Made by a program: the position numbers and the translations under genes. 47,428 nt of DNA from a virus (Duplodnaviria > Heunggongvirae > Uroviricota > Caudoviricetes), in IMG/VR virus record IMGVR_UViG_2574180238_000003; one strand, written 5' to 3'. Under the pieces are notes generated by a model that was not told where the DNA came from, did not search any database, and saw nothing but the letters and a program-made list of their open reading frames with translations. Positions 7,962 through 16,746 of this stretch are shown here, one piece after another. Each line of letters opens with the position of its first letter. Within the stretch, counting starts at the first letter, position 1.

Positions 7962-9047
7962 ATGCGTGATTATGCAAAAGTTTCCCCGCGATTCTGGCTG
8001 GGAGAAACGGGGAGAGAACTTAGAAAGGCGGGTGCAGAAGCGCAAGTTGTTGCTTTTTACCTGATGACATCCCCTCACGCAAATATGTTGGGTTTGTATT
8101 ACCTGCCAGTTTTGTACCTTGCTCATGAATCCGGGCTTGGTCCGGAAGGGGCTTCGAAGGGGCTTAAAAGGGCTGTTGAAGCTGGTTTTTGTAGCTATGA
8201 CCATGATGCCGAGATGGTCTGGGTCCATGAAATGGCAGCCTGGCAGGTTGGGGAAACGTTGAAGCCTGGAGATAACCGTTGTGCAGGTGTCAGGAATGAG
8301 TATGCATCATTACCTGAAAACGCCTTTCTGTCAGCCTTTTACGACAGATATAAAACGGATTTCCATCTGGATGTGAGGCGGAATAATCGCCGGAATTCAG
8401 CAAGGGGCTTCGAAGAGGCTTTAAAGGGGCTTCTAAGCCAAGAACAGGAACAGGAGAAAGAACAGGATCAGGATAAAAATACTATGCTTCATGGCGAAAA
8501 AATCGCCACGAACCAGGCAGGGGATGTTCAGAACGTCAATCCTGGTCAGCCAGCAGGCACGACACCGGAAGCCGATTCGGGCGCTGTGCAGCAGGCGATG
8601 ACCGCAAGGCCGGAACAATCACACCAACTGCAGCAGCCTGAAGCCGATTCCGCCATTCAGCGGGAAGCCGATCAGGTAGTCCCGGAAAACACCGGGCAGC
8701 CTGTGGGACGAGTGGATTATCCGGATGTGTTCGAACAGGTCTGGCGGGAATACCCGTTGCGTGCCGGGGCAAACCCGAAGAAATCCGCTTTCAGTGCCTG
8801 GAAGGCCAGATTACGCGAGGGGGTGCCACCAGAGGCCATGCTGGATGGCGTGAGGCGTTACGCAAGATACTTGGCGACTACCGGGAAAACGGGAACGGAA
8901 TTTGTTCAGCGAGCGACGACGTTTTTTGGACCGGACCGGAATTTTGAAAACCCCTGGTTGCTCCCGGTAAGCGGCACGAACAACCAGCGTTGTGTGAATC
9001 ATGTTTCTGAACCGGATACCGAAATTCCGCCAGGCTTCAGGGGGTAA
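7962..9047 (+). CDS. Putative phage replication protein (YdaU/DUF1376-like N-terminal domain)
   Basis: ATG 7962 preceded by GAGGTG; N-terminal segment RFWLGETGRELRKAG...FYLMTSPHANMLGLYYLP, a low-complexity EQ-rich linker, and a Trp/Arg-rich C-terminal domain; in the replication-gene position after the immunity region. Family assignment is from memory. Confidence 0.5.
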   Translation: MRDYAKVSPRFWLGETGRELRKAGAEAQVVAFYLMTSPHANMLGLYYLPVLYLAHESGLGPEGASKGLKRAVEAGFCSYDHDAEMVWVHEMAAWQVGETLKPGDNRCAGVRNEYASLPENAFLSAFYDRYKTDFHLDVRRNNRRNSARGFEEALKGLLSQEQEQEKEQDQDKNTMLHGEKIATNQAGDVQNVNPGQPAGTTPEADSGAVQQAMTARPEQSHQLQQPEADSAIQREADQVVPENTGQPVGRVDYPDVFEQVWREYPLRAGANPKKSAFSAWKARLREGVPPEAMLDGVRRYARYLATTGKTGTEFVQRATTFFGPDRNFENPWLLPVSGTNNQRCVNHVSEPDTEIPPGFRG

Positions 9048-9087
9048 GTGTTTATTTCAGGTCATGAGGTAATTTTCAGGAGGGCTT

Positions 9088-9513
9088 GTGGCAAAAGTTT
9101 TTACACAAGAAGAGCGAGAAAAAATTAAAGGGCAGGTTGTTGAGCTAGTACGCCGGAGTGGGCGCGAGACGTTACGGCAACTGGAAGCCAAGACAGGTGC
9201 GACAAGATATCTGATGAGCGTTCTCGCCAGAGAGCTGGTTGCCAGTGGTGATGTATACAACTCTGGTTACGGGTTATTCCCGTCTGAACAGGCTCGTAAG
9301 GACTGGCAAAACGCCCGCAAAAAACTCTCAAGGGCAAAGCTGAAGAAAAAAACACCTGTGGTTGATCCGGACCTTATCTGGTCGTTACCAGACGGAGAAA
9401 TACGTCGTTATGACAGGCGTCAGAACATAATCTGTAGCGAGTGCCGGAAGAGCGAAGTTATGCAGCGCGTGCTGGCGTTTTATCAGGGGAATTTTCAGGA
9501 GGTGGTGCTGTGA
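9088..9513 (+). CDS. Hypothetical protein (possible winged-helix DNA-binding)
   Basis: 141-aa ORF with GTG start after GGAGGG; no family recognised. Confidence 0.45.
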   Translation: MAKVFTQEEREKIKGQVVELVRRSGRETLRQLEAKTGATRYLMSVLARELVASGDVYNSGYGLFPSEQARKDWQNARKKLSRAKLKKKTPVVDPDLIWSLPDGEIRRYDRRQNIICSECRKSEVMQRVLAFYQGNFQEVVL

Positions 9514-9570
9514 GTGAAATTAGCTATCAGGCTTCAATTGCCGCTGGCATTCGCATCAAAGGAGAGGAGC

Positions 9571-9927
9571 ATGGAAATAAAACCAGAAGATGAGTTAAGT
9601 AATATTGTTTTATTTCCGGTAAAAGAGGATGACCCACGTAATCAGGTTAATTTTCTTTATGAGCCATCGGAAAGGCCATATTGTCATCACGCCTCTGTCC
9701 GGGTTGACGAAAAAGAGCGTCAGGTCCGCTGTAAAATCTGCGGTGCAGTTGTGGAGCCATTTGACTGGATGCTCTCTGTTGCGAAAAGAGAAACCAGGCT
9801 GGCAGATGATGTAAAACTATTGCGCCTGGAGGAACAGGAAAGGCGAAAAAATATAGGAAAGCTAATTCAGATTGAGCGTAACGCGAAAGCGCGGATACGC
9901 AGAGCGACAAAATCCAGAACTGAATAA
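9571..9927 (+). CDS. Hypothetical protein with putative zinc-ribbon (CHH...CxxC)
   Basis: Internal ATG 9571 preceded by AAAGGAGAGGAG; Cys/His cluster YCHHASVRVDEKERQVRCKICG. Confidence 0.45.
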   Translation: MEIKPEDELSNIVLFPVKEDDPRNQVNFLYEPSERPYCHHASVRVDEKERQVRCKICGAVVEPFDWMLSVAKRETRLADDVKLLRLEEQERRKNIGKLIQIERNAKARIRRATKSRTE

Positions 9928-10021
9928 TTAAATTTAGCACTGCTAAAAATTAATCCTTAACCGGAGGGATTTCTGCACCCTCAGAACATCAGGAGACCGC
10001 CTGAAAGGGCGGTAATGAAAA

Positions 10022-10390
10022 ATGACTGAATTAACAAAAGAGCAATTAATCAAAGAAGCCAAATTAAAAATAGCGGTTGCGAAATGTTACCCTAATTCAG
10101 AGATGGCCAGGGTAGAGGGCGAGCTATTCAAAATTGCACTGGCATCGCTGGAAGCGGTTCCGGTGGCATGGCTGCATTCAGACAATGGCCTGGGTATTCC
10201 AGCAATAACCAGGAGTAAAAACGTTGCTGATAGTTGGTTATCAAAGGGCTGGTATGTTCAGCCGTTATATGTAGCCCAACCAGTACCGGTGGTGCCGGAT
10301 GCTCGTCCATCTTTAAATAATGGCATTGTCGGATTTGATGAAGGCTGGAATGCCTGCCGGGATGCCATGCTTAATGGAGATAAATCATGA
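10022..10390 (+). CDS. Hypothetical protein
   Basis: 122-aa ORF in the nin-like region; ATGA overlap with the next gene. Confidence 0.5.
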   Translation: MTELTKEQLIKEAKLKIAVAKCYPNSEMARVEGELFKIALASLEAVPVAWLHSDNGLGIPAITRSKNVADSWLSKGWYVQPLYVAQPVPVVPDARPSLNNGIVGFDEGWNACRDAMLNGDKS

Positions 10391-10869
10391 TTAATCGTAT
10401 CAAGCTGGAGCACATCCTCGAATATGCCAGGCAGCAGAAATGTATTGGGCAACTTTGTAAAATTCCACCAGGGGATATGGTTGAGATCATGGAAATAGCT
10501 ATGCGTCAGGCTGGCAACTTTCAGGTAATTCCTGATGACGGTCGCGAACAGTTCGAAGCGCTTATCAGGTTCTATGCGGATGATAAAAACCATGAAACAT
10601 TGTTGCTTCGTGCTAACGAAGGGATGAATTACCGGGATCCAAATGTGGATTTGGCGTGGATATCCTGGAAATCCAGCCGAGAGCACATATTGCCGGGAAA
10701 AAGCGACAATAATCCAGCATCAGGCGATCAGGTAAGTGAATTAACAATGTGGGTGAAGCGGTTATCTCATTCCTTAAAAAGCGTTAATAAATCAAGCAAA
10801 CTACCGGATAAAGCGATGGACTACCTGAAGCGAAACGGACTGATAAACGAGGAGGATATTTTACGATGA
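10387..10869 (+). CDS. Hypothetical protein
   Basis: 160-aa ORF translationally coupled to the upstream and downstream ORFs. Confidence 0.5.
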   Translation: MINRIKLEHILEYARQQKCIGQLCKIPPGDMVEIMEIAMRQAGNFQVIPDDGREQFEALIRFYADDKNHETLLLRANEGMNYRDPNVDLAWISWKSSREHILPGKSDNNPASGDQVSELTMWVKRLSHSLKSVNKSSKLPDKAMDYLKRNGLINEEDILR

Positions 10870-10949
10870 CCAGGCCTGAAGCGTTCATAACGGTAGGAAT
10901 AGCAATGGCGGTGGCGCTGGTGGTGTATTCGATTTGTCGCTGGGGATAA
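10866..10949 (+). CDS. Small hydrophobic peptide (27 aa)
   Basis: ATGA overlap with the upstream gene stop; MTRPEAFITVGIAMAVALVVYSICRWG is a single predicted transmembrane helix. Confidence 0.3.
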   Translation: MTRPEAFITVGIAMAVALVVYSICRWG

Positions 10950-11159
10950 AAACGGTTTGCGGGGAAAGAAGAGTTAAGTAGAATTGCTGCGGGTGCTTGA
11001 GGCTGTTTGCCTCGGGCATGCCGCCGTAAGGCAGACAGAGAAAAGCCCCAGTTAACATTACGCGTCTTGCAGGACGCTTAACATTAATCTGAGGCCCAAT
11101 CTATGCTTCACAAACGTAGGTTAGCCTCTTACGTGCCGAAAGGCAAGGAGAAGCAGGCT

Positions 11160-11315
11160 ATGAAGCAGCAAAAGGCGATGTTAATCGCCCTGATCGTCAT
11201 CTGTTTAACCGTCATAGTGACGGCACTGGTAACGAGGAAAGACCTCTGCGAGGTACGAATCCGAACCGGCCAGACGGAGGTTGCTGTCTTCGTAGACTAC
11301 GAATCTGAGAAGTAA
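11160..11315 (+). CDS. hokD: Hok/Gef-family type I toxin (HokD/RelF-like)
   Basis: MKQQKAMLIALIVICLTVIVTALVTRKDLCEVRIRTGQTEVAVF... matches the Hok family signature and recalled RelF/HokD; GC hairpin ggcgagggagaaatccctcgcc (11325-11346) just downstream, typical of hok mRNA 3' ends. Confidence 0.85.
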   Translation: MKQQKAMLIALIVICLTVIVTALVTRKDLCEVRIRTGQTEVAVFVDYESEK

Positions 11316-11393
11316 GAGTGACCAGGCGAGGGAGAAATCCCTCGCCACCTCTGATGTGTCAGGCATCCTCAACGCACCCGCACGTCCCCCGTT

Positions 11394-11756
11394 TTGGCAG
11401 ACTTTGTTTTTTCCTGGCATTCTGGTTTACAATTCGCACGTCAGCCTGAACAACTGGCACCTGCTGCGTCACCGGAGAACCCGATGGCGCAACATATAAA
11501 ATCCCACAATTCTGAAGTCGATCCGACCATTAAGCGGGGGCGGCGTTCACACGTATTTAAAACCGACTGGTTCCAGCATGACCTATGCACTGAAGAACAG
11601 GCCGAATGGCTGATCCAGTGTTACCGCAGGCGCGGATATGAGTTTGAGAAAGCCCTCAGCTTCGATCGTCGTCACTGGATAATCTCCGTCAGGCTCCCTT
11701 ATTCCGAACGCCCACCGCGTCCGTCCCGCACATTCCAGCAGCGCATCTGGAGGTAA
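11394..11756 (+). CDS. Hypothetical protein
   Basis: ORF between hok and the DUF968 gene; probable start at an internal Met (MAQHIKSHNSEV, 11484). Confidence 0.4.
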   Translation: MADFVFSWHSGLQFARQPEQLAPAASPENPMAQHIKSHNSEVDPTIKRGRRSHVFKTDWFQHDLCTEEQAEWLIQCYRRRGYEFEKALSFDRRHWIISVRLPYSERPPRPSRTFQQRIWR

Positions 11757-11757
11757 C

Positions 11758-12807
11758 GTGCGGGTATTACTTCGACCTGTTCTGGTACCGGAACTCGGTC
11801 TGGTTATCGTTAAGCCAGGCCGTGAATCAATGTCAGTATTCCATAACGGCAGAATATTGGTGGAGCCGGAACCGAAAAACATGCGCGGTCTGCCGTCCGG
11901 AGTCGTTCCTGCCGTTCGCCAGCCGCTGGCAGAGGATAAAACATTACTGCCATTTTTCAGCGATGAGCGGGTTATTCGTGCAGCAGGTGGTGCAGGTGCA
12001 CTGTCTGACTGGTTATTACGTCACGTGAAATCCTGCCAGTGGCCACACGGCGATTATCATCACAGCGAAACCGTCATTCACCGTTACGGTACCGGCGCGA
12101 TGGTGTTGTGTTGGCACTGTGACAACCAGCTGCGCGACCAGACATCAGAATCACTCGATCAACTTGCTCAGCAGAATCTGGTTGCCTGGATGATTGACGT
12201 CATCCGTCACGCAATAAGCGGTACGCAGGAGAGGGAGTTATCGCTGGCCGAATTATCCTGGTGGGCGGCCTGCAATCAGGTGGTGGATGCACTGCCTGAG
12301 GCAGTAGCGCGTCGTTCGCTGGGATTACCAGCGGAAAAAATCCGCTCCGTATACCGTGAGAGTGACATCGTACCGGGAGAACAGACAGCCATCAGCATAC
12401 TGAAGCAGCGCACAAAAAATATTGCGCTGCCACTTCACGTCCACCAGCAACAAAATCCACCACAGAAAAAAACGGTTGTCAGTATCGCTGTTGATCCGGA
12501 GTCTCCTGAATCGTTCATGAGGCGGCCTAAACGTCGCCGTTGGGTTAATGAGAAATACACGCGCTGGGTAAAGACACAGCCGTGTGCGTGTTGTGGTAAG
12601 CCAGCTGACGATCCGCATCACCTGATTGGTTATGGTCAGGGGGGAATGGGAACAAAGGCCCACGATATTTTCACGCTACCGTTGTGCCGGGAGCACCACA
12701 ACGAACTTCATGCAGACCCGCTGGAGTTTGAGAAAAAGTACGGCTCTCAGATTGAGTTAATTTTTCGTTTTCTTGATCACGCCTTTGCGACTGGCGTGCT
12801 CGGGTAA
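11758..12807 (+). CDS. YdfU-like DUF968 protein (Cys/His-rich C-terminal putative nuclease domain)
   Basis: 349-aa ORF; C-terminal CACCGKPADDPHHLIGYGQGGMGTKAHD...CREHHNELH cluster; same length and hok-adjacent context as Qin YdfU. Confidence 0.65.
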   Translation: MRVLLRPVLVPELGLVIVKPGRESMSVFHNGRILVEPEPKNMRGLPSGVVPAVRQPLAEDKTLLPFFSDERVIRAAGGAGALSDWLLRHVKSCQWPHGDYHHSETVIHRYGTGAMVLCWHCDNQLRDQTSESLDQLAQQNLVAWMIDVIRHAISGTQERELSLAELSWWAACNQVVDALPEAVARRSLGLPAEKIRSVYRESDIVPGEQTAISILKQRTKNIALPLHVHQQQNPPQKKTVVSIAVDPESPESFMRRPKRRRWVNEKYTRWVKTQPCACCGKPADDPHHLIGYGQGGMGTKAHDIFTLPLCREHHNELHADPLEFEKKYGSQIELIFRFLDHAFATGVLG

Positions 12808-12819
12808 AAGAGGTGACTG

Positions 12820-13179
12820 ATGCTCATAGATTTGGTTTTACCTTACCCGCCGACGGTGAACACTTACTGGCGTCGTCGTGGCAGCACATATTTTGTCTCA
12901 AAAGCCGGGGAGCGTTATCGCCGGGCAGTGGCGCTTATTGTTCGCCAGCAGCGGCTGAAATTAAGACTGTCCGGACGGCTGGCAATAAAAATTATTGCAG
13001 AGCCACCGGATAAGCGTCGTCGTGACCTGGACAATATTCTGAAAGCGCCGCTGGATGCGCTGACGCATGCGGGAATGTTAATGGACGATGAGCAGTTTGA
13101 TGAAATCAATATTGTACGTGGTCAGCCAGTATCTGGTGGACGGCTGGGTGTGAAGATTTACAAAATTGAGAGTGAGTGA
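12820..13179 (+). CDS. rusA: RusA Holliday-junction resolvase
   Basis: 119-aa ORF; LPYPPTVNTYWR... N-terminus and the DKRRRDLDN acidic motif match the RusA family; nin-region position upstream of Q. Confidence 0.85.
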   Translation: MLIDLVLPYPPTVNTYWRRRGSTYFVSKAGERYRRAVALIVRQQRLKLRLSGRLAIKIIAEPPDKRRRDLDNILKAPLDALTHAGMLMDDEQFDEINIVRGQPVSGGRLGVKIYKIESE

Positions 13180-13187
13180 GCGTAAAT

Positions 13188-13718
13188 ATGATATATCCGG
13201 AAATTACAGGCAAAAGCGGCGAACATTTACGCCTGAACACGCTGGAAGCAGTCTGGATCCAGGGGAAATTACGGATGTGGGGGCGGTGGTCGTATATCGG
13301 TGGGGGTAAATCCGGAAATATGTTTAACCGGTTACTGGTTTCGAAAAAACTGACGAAAACCGCAGTTAATGAGGTTTTACGCAGAATGAAGAAATCCGGG
13401 CTGGATAAACCGGAACTTGAGGCATTTTTTCGGGATATGACAAGAGGAAAGCAGAAGAGCTGGTTGTCACATTGTACAGACACAGAGGCGTTGATTATTG
13501 ATCGCGTTATCAGTGAGGTGCTTGGGGAATATCCCGGGCTAATCAATGTTCTCCGGCAAAGGTACGAAGGACGGGGAATGAGTAAGAGAAAAATGGCAGA
13601 ATGTTTAAATCGTACTCACCCGGAATGGTGCTTCAGCACATGTGAGAAACGTATTGCAGGTTGGTTAGCCGTGGCTGAACACATGCTTTATGTACCTATG
13701 CACGATTCATTTCGATAA
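13188..13718 (+). CDS. Late-gene antiterminator Q
   Basis: 176-aa ORF directly upstream of the late region (methylase, tRNAs, lysis genes), downstream of rusA; Cys/His-containing C-terminus; assigned mainly by position and size. Confidence 0.65.
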   Translation: MIYPEITGKSGEHLRLNTLEAVWIQGKLRMWGRWSYIGGGKSGNMFNRLLVSKKLTKTAVNEVLRRMKKSGLDKPELEAFFRDMTRGKQKSWLSHCTDTEALIIDRVISEVLGEYPGLINVLRQRYEGRGMSKRKMAECLNRTHPEWCFSTCEKRIAGWLAVAEHMLYVPMHDSFR

Positions 13719-13810
13719 AAAAAGCTTGCTTTTTTACGCAGAAACAGCTTGAATTCGTGTAAGCTTCGCAAAGCTGTATCGCGAGGCGAAACGCAAGTTT
13801 TTTCGCACAA

Positions 13811-13838
13811 GGAAGCCACCGGAAAGTGGTTTTTTTGT
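13811..13838 (+). terminator. Candidate intrinsic terminator downstream of Q (tR'-like)
   Basis: gccaccggaaagtgg hairpin followed by ttttttt; short stem, so weak. Confidence 0.35.
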
Positions 13839-13959
13839 GTCCGTAATATACAGCAGCGCAATAAATTCGCTGGTGGTTATTAATACCGTTCTTTCAGCTT
13901 GCTGGCTTTTTTGACAAGAGTTATTGGTGTGTCACGTTAACCGGAAAAGGGAAAAAGAC

Positions 13960-14157
13960 ATGCTGAAACAGCAGGATATGACAGAAACCGCCAGAGCAGT
14001 GTTTAATGAATTAAGCGTCACCGAACCGGCGACAGTCGGGGAGATTGCGCAGAATACTTACCTTTCACGCGAACGCTGCCAGTTAATACTGACCCAGCTT
14101 GTTATGGCGGGTCTGGCAGACTATCAGTTCGGTTGTTACAGACGCCTTCGGTCCTGA
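13960..14157 (+). CDS. Hypothetical small protein
   Basis: 66-aa ORF from an internal Met (MLKQQDMTETARAVF...), preceded by an AAGGGA purine-rich stretch. Confidence 0.4.
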   Translation: MLKQQDMTETARAVFNELSVTEPATVGEIAQNTYLSRERCQLILTQLVMAGLADYQFGCYRRLRS

Positions 14158-14307
14158 AGGCTTTTTTATTTGTGGTAAATGGGCGGCTGGTGGGTGTTAG
14201 GGGCACTCACCAGCCATCTGCTCATGCGTCCGGATCACAAGCAAACCTCAGGCCCACTGCTTTGCGCAAAAGCAGAATGAGCCTATCAGAGACAGGCTTA
14301 ATGATCC

Positions 14308-15366
14308 ATGTTTAATACTGTAAAAATATCCAGTTGTGAGTTGATCAACGCTGACTGCCTGGAATTTATCCGGTCGTTACCCGAAAATTCTGTTGACCTG
14401 ATAGTCACGGCCCCGCCGTACTTTAAAGTGAAGCCTGAGGGCTGGGATAACCAGTGGAAGGGCGACGATGATTACCTGAAATGGCTGGACCAGTGTCTGG
14501 CGCAGTTCTGGCGGGTGCTGAAACCTGCCGGAAGTCTTTACCTGTTCTGTGGCCATCGCCTGGCATCTGACATTGAAATCATGATGCGAGAACGCTTCAG
14601 TGTGCTGAACCATATTATCTGGGCGAAGCCGTCCGGACGCTGGAACGGGTGCAACAAGGAAAGCCTGAGGGCGTATTTCCCCGCCACAGAGCGCATTCTG
14701 TTCGCGGAACATTATCAGGGGCCGTATCGTCCGAAAGATGCCGGGTATGAGGCGAAGGGCAGGGCACTGAAACAGCATGTGATGGCACCGCTGATTGCTT
14801 ACTTTCGTGATGCGCGTGCTGCCCTGGGGATAACGGCAAAACAGATTGCTGATGCCACAGGAAAGAAAAACATGGTGTCGCACTGGTTCAGTGCCAGTCA
14901 GTGGCAGTTACCGAACGAAAGCGATTATCTGAAATTACAGGTGCTGTTTGCCCGGGTGGCAGAAGAGAAGCATCAGCGGGGTGAACTGGAAAAGCCCCAC
15001 CACCAGCTGCTGGAGACGTATACTTCACTGAACCGGCAGTATGCGGAACTGCAGAGTGAATATAAGCATCTGCGGCGGTATTTTGGCGTGACGGCGCAGG
15101 TGCCGTACACGGATGTGTGGACGCATAAACCGGTGCAGTACTATCCCGGGAAACATCCGTGCGAAAAACCGGCAGAAATGCTGCAGCAGATAATCAGCGC
15201 GAGCAGTCGTCCGGGTGACCTGGTTGCAGATTTTTTCATGGGGTCGGGTTCGACAGTCAAAGCCGCGATGGCGCTGGGGCGGCGTGCAACTGGCGTTGAG
15301 CTGGGGACTGAACGTTTTGAGCAGACGGTCAGAGAAGTTCAGGATTTAGTCAGTCAGAACGGATGA
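14308..15366 (+). CDS. Orphan DNA methyltransferase (beta-class amino-MTase)
   Basis: 352-aa ORF; catalytic TAPPY motif near the N-terminus and AdoMet-binding FMGSGST near the C-terminus (circularly permuted order typical of beta-class MTases); no adjacent restriction enzyme. Confidence 0.85.
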   Translation: MFNTVKISSCELINADCLEFIRSLPENSVDLIVTAPPYFKVKPEGWDNQWKGDDDYLKWLDQCLAQFWRVLKPAGSLYLFCGHRLASDIEIMMRERFSVLNHIIWAKPSGRWNGCNKESLRAYFPATERILFAEHYQGPYRPKDAGYEAKGRALKQHVMAPLIAYFRDARAALGITAKQIADATGKKNMVSHWFSASQWQLPNESDYLKLQVLFARVAEEKHQRGELEKPHHQLLETYTSLNRQYAELQSEYKHLRRYFGVTAQVPYTDVWTHKPVQYYPGKHPCEKPAEMLQQIISASSRPGDLVADFFMGSGSTVKAAMALGRRATGVELGTERFEQTVREVQDLVSQNG

Positions 15367-15406
15367 TATTGCAGGATTAGTTACGTACCGTTATTATCCT
15401 GCGCCC

Positions 15407-15482
15407 GGCCCTTTAGCTCAGTGGTGAGAGCGAGCGACTCATAATCGCCAGGTCGCTGGTTCAAATCCAGCAAGGGCCACCA
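15407..15482 (+). tRNA. tRNA with CAU anticodon (Ile2/lysidine-type, ileZ-like; Met not excluded)
   Basis: 76-nt cloverleaf: acceptor GGCCCTT/AAGGGCC, D-arm GCTC..GAGC, anticodon loop CTCATAA, T-loop GGTTCAAATCC, 3' ACCA encoded; close to recalled E. coli ileX. Confidence 0.85.
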
Positions 15483-15491
15483 TATCACATA

Positions 15492-15568
15492 CCGCCATTA
15501 GCTCATCGGGATAGAGCGCCAGCCTTCGAAGCTGGCTGCGCGGGGTTCGAGTCCTCGATGGCGGTCCA
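15492..15568 (+). tRNA. tRNA-Arg (anticodon UCG)
   Basis: 77-nt cloverleaf: acceptor CCGCCAT/ATGGCGG, anticodon stem CCAGC/GCTGG with loop CTTCGAA, T-arm CGGGG-TTCGAGT-CCTCG, 3' TCCA. Confidence 0.8.
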
Positions 15569-15846
15569 TTATCTGCATTATGCGTTGTTGGTTCTGATGA
15601 GTGAATCATTGTCTTTTGAGCAACAGGCTATCATATAAGATAGCCTCAGACTTCCTTGTTTATTCTCGCCGGATGCTTCGTAGATATTTGCAGGCATCTG
15701 TATGCAGGGGTATTATTGCGGCATATATCATCCGGAAAAATAAAAACTACATGCTGATCCGGAGATGATAGTTACAAGTCCTCCCGGATCCCGCATATTT
15801 ACTATATTTTATAGATAATTGTTCTTGTTAATATGGAGATGGATAA

Positions 15847-16275
15847 ATGTATTGCCGTGCTGTACCGGTTCTTGTTTTGATATTAGCCAGTCTGACAACT
15901 GGCTGCACAAAAGATGTATCGACAAATAATCATGATGCTTCTCTGTATCACTCAGATAAATTAATAAAGTCGCAAAATTTGAGCTCATCGGAACGTACCC
16001 CTGATGCCAGTGAAGAAATCCGGCAGTATGCCATTCAGGTCAGGAAAGCCATAGAAGAACAGTTAAAGGATGCGAGTAAGTATTCAGGAAAAGAGTGTTC
16101 ACTGAGAATGTATATGGCCCCGAATGGTCTTCTGCTACAGGTTAAAAGAGAAAGCGGTGATCCCGATTTATGTCGTGAAGCGATGAATGCAGTAAAGAAT
16201 GCTGATATACCATCACCACCGTCTTCAGGAGTATATAAAGCATTTAGAAATGGCGTGCTGGATTTTAAACTCTGA
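15847..16275 (+). CDS. Lipoprotein with TolA C-terminal domain (domain III)-like region
   Basis: Signal peptide plus lipobox LTTGC; C-terminal ~80 aa (IQVRKAIEEQLKDASKYSGKECSLRMYMAPNGLLLQVKRESGDPDLCREAMNAVKNADIPSPPSSGVYKAFRNGVLDFKL) align to recalled E. coli TolA domain III including the conserved Cys pair; AT-rich upstream flank. Confidence 0.7.
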   Translation: MYCRAVPVLVLILASLTTGCTKDVSTNNHDASLYHSDKLIKSQNLSSSERTPDASEEIRQYAIQVRKAIEEQLKDASKYSGKECSLRMYMAPNGLLLQVKRESGDPDLCREAMNAVKNADIPSPPSSGVYKAFRNGVLDFKL

Positions 16276-16334
16276 CAGGGGGAGAAGATTTTCTCCTGTC
16301 CTGATGATTTTGGGGCGCTGGAAAGATATTGTGC

Positions 16335-16590
16335 TGTGAAGTGTTAAATCCCTCACAATTCAGTAAGTTGACAGTTGCCTGTCAGACTGAGCATTTGTTA
16401 AAAAAATTTCGCATGGTGAATCCCCCTGTGCGGAGGGGCGACTGGTGAACGGTATGATCTCTTTGATGATCGTAAGCGAGAATACGCGGGTTTGGTGTCA
16501 CCGGGCTGAACTCACCGGGAGGCACCCGGCACCATGCTCATGGTGATACAGAAATGCGGCTTCAGCCCCTCTCCGGAGGGGCTTTCTTAT
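16335..16590 (+). repeat. Structured repeat unit 1 of 4 (candidate sRNA)
   Basis: Conserved blocks ttaaatccctcacaattcag, gcatggtgaatccccctgtgcggaggggc, caccgggaggcacccggcaccatgc, and terminator hairpin gcccctctccggaggggc with T-run. Confidence 0.6.
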
Positions 16591-16746
16591 GGACAAAAAA
16601 AGCCCGCGCTGGGAGACGCGGGCGGCAAGGAATAAACAATAAAACGTGAAGTAATACTTCAACTGGCGAATAATACCCGACAGTAATCACTCTGCGCAAT
16701 AGCGTGGCCTTTTTCGAATTGCGGGCTGTAGTCTCCCTTCTGCCGG

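Noticed and set aside
7469-7969. 166-aa plus-strand ORF overlapping the 7487-7882 minus-strand ORF
   Set aside because: Cys-rich, atypical composition; the minus-strand frame looks more protein-like, though neither is certain.
11103-11315. 70-aa ORF extending the Hok frame upstream
   Set aside because: The conserved Hok sequence starts at MKQQ (11160); the upstream extension is more likely leader sequence than part of the toxin.
15569-15846. Third tRNA after the tRNA-Arg
   Set aside because: No cloverleaf found; only a simple hairpin (aggctatc-atataa-gatagcct).
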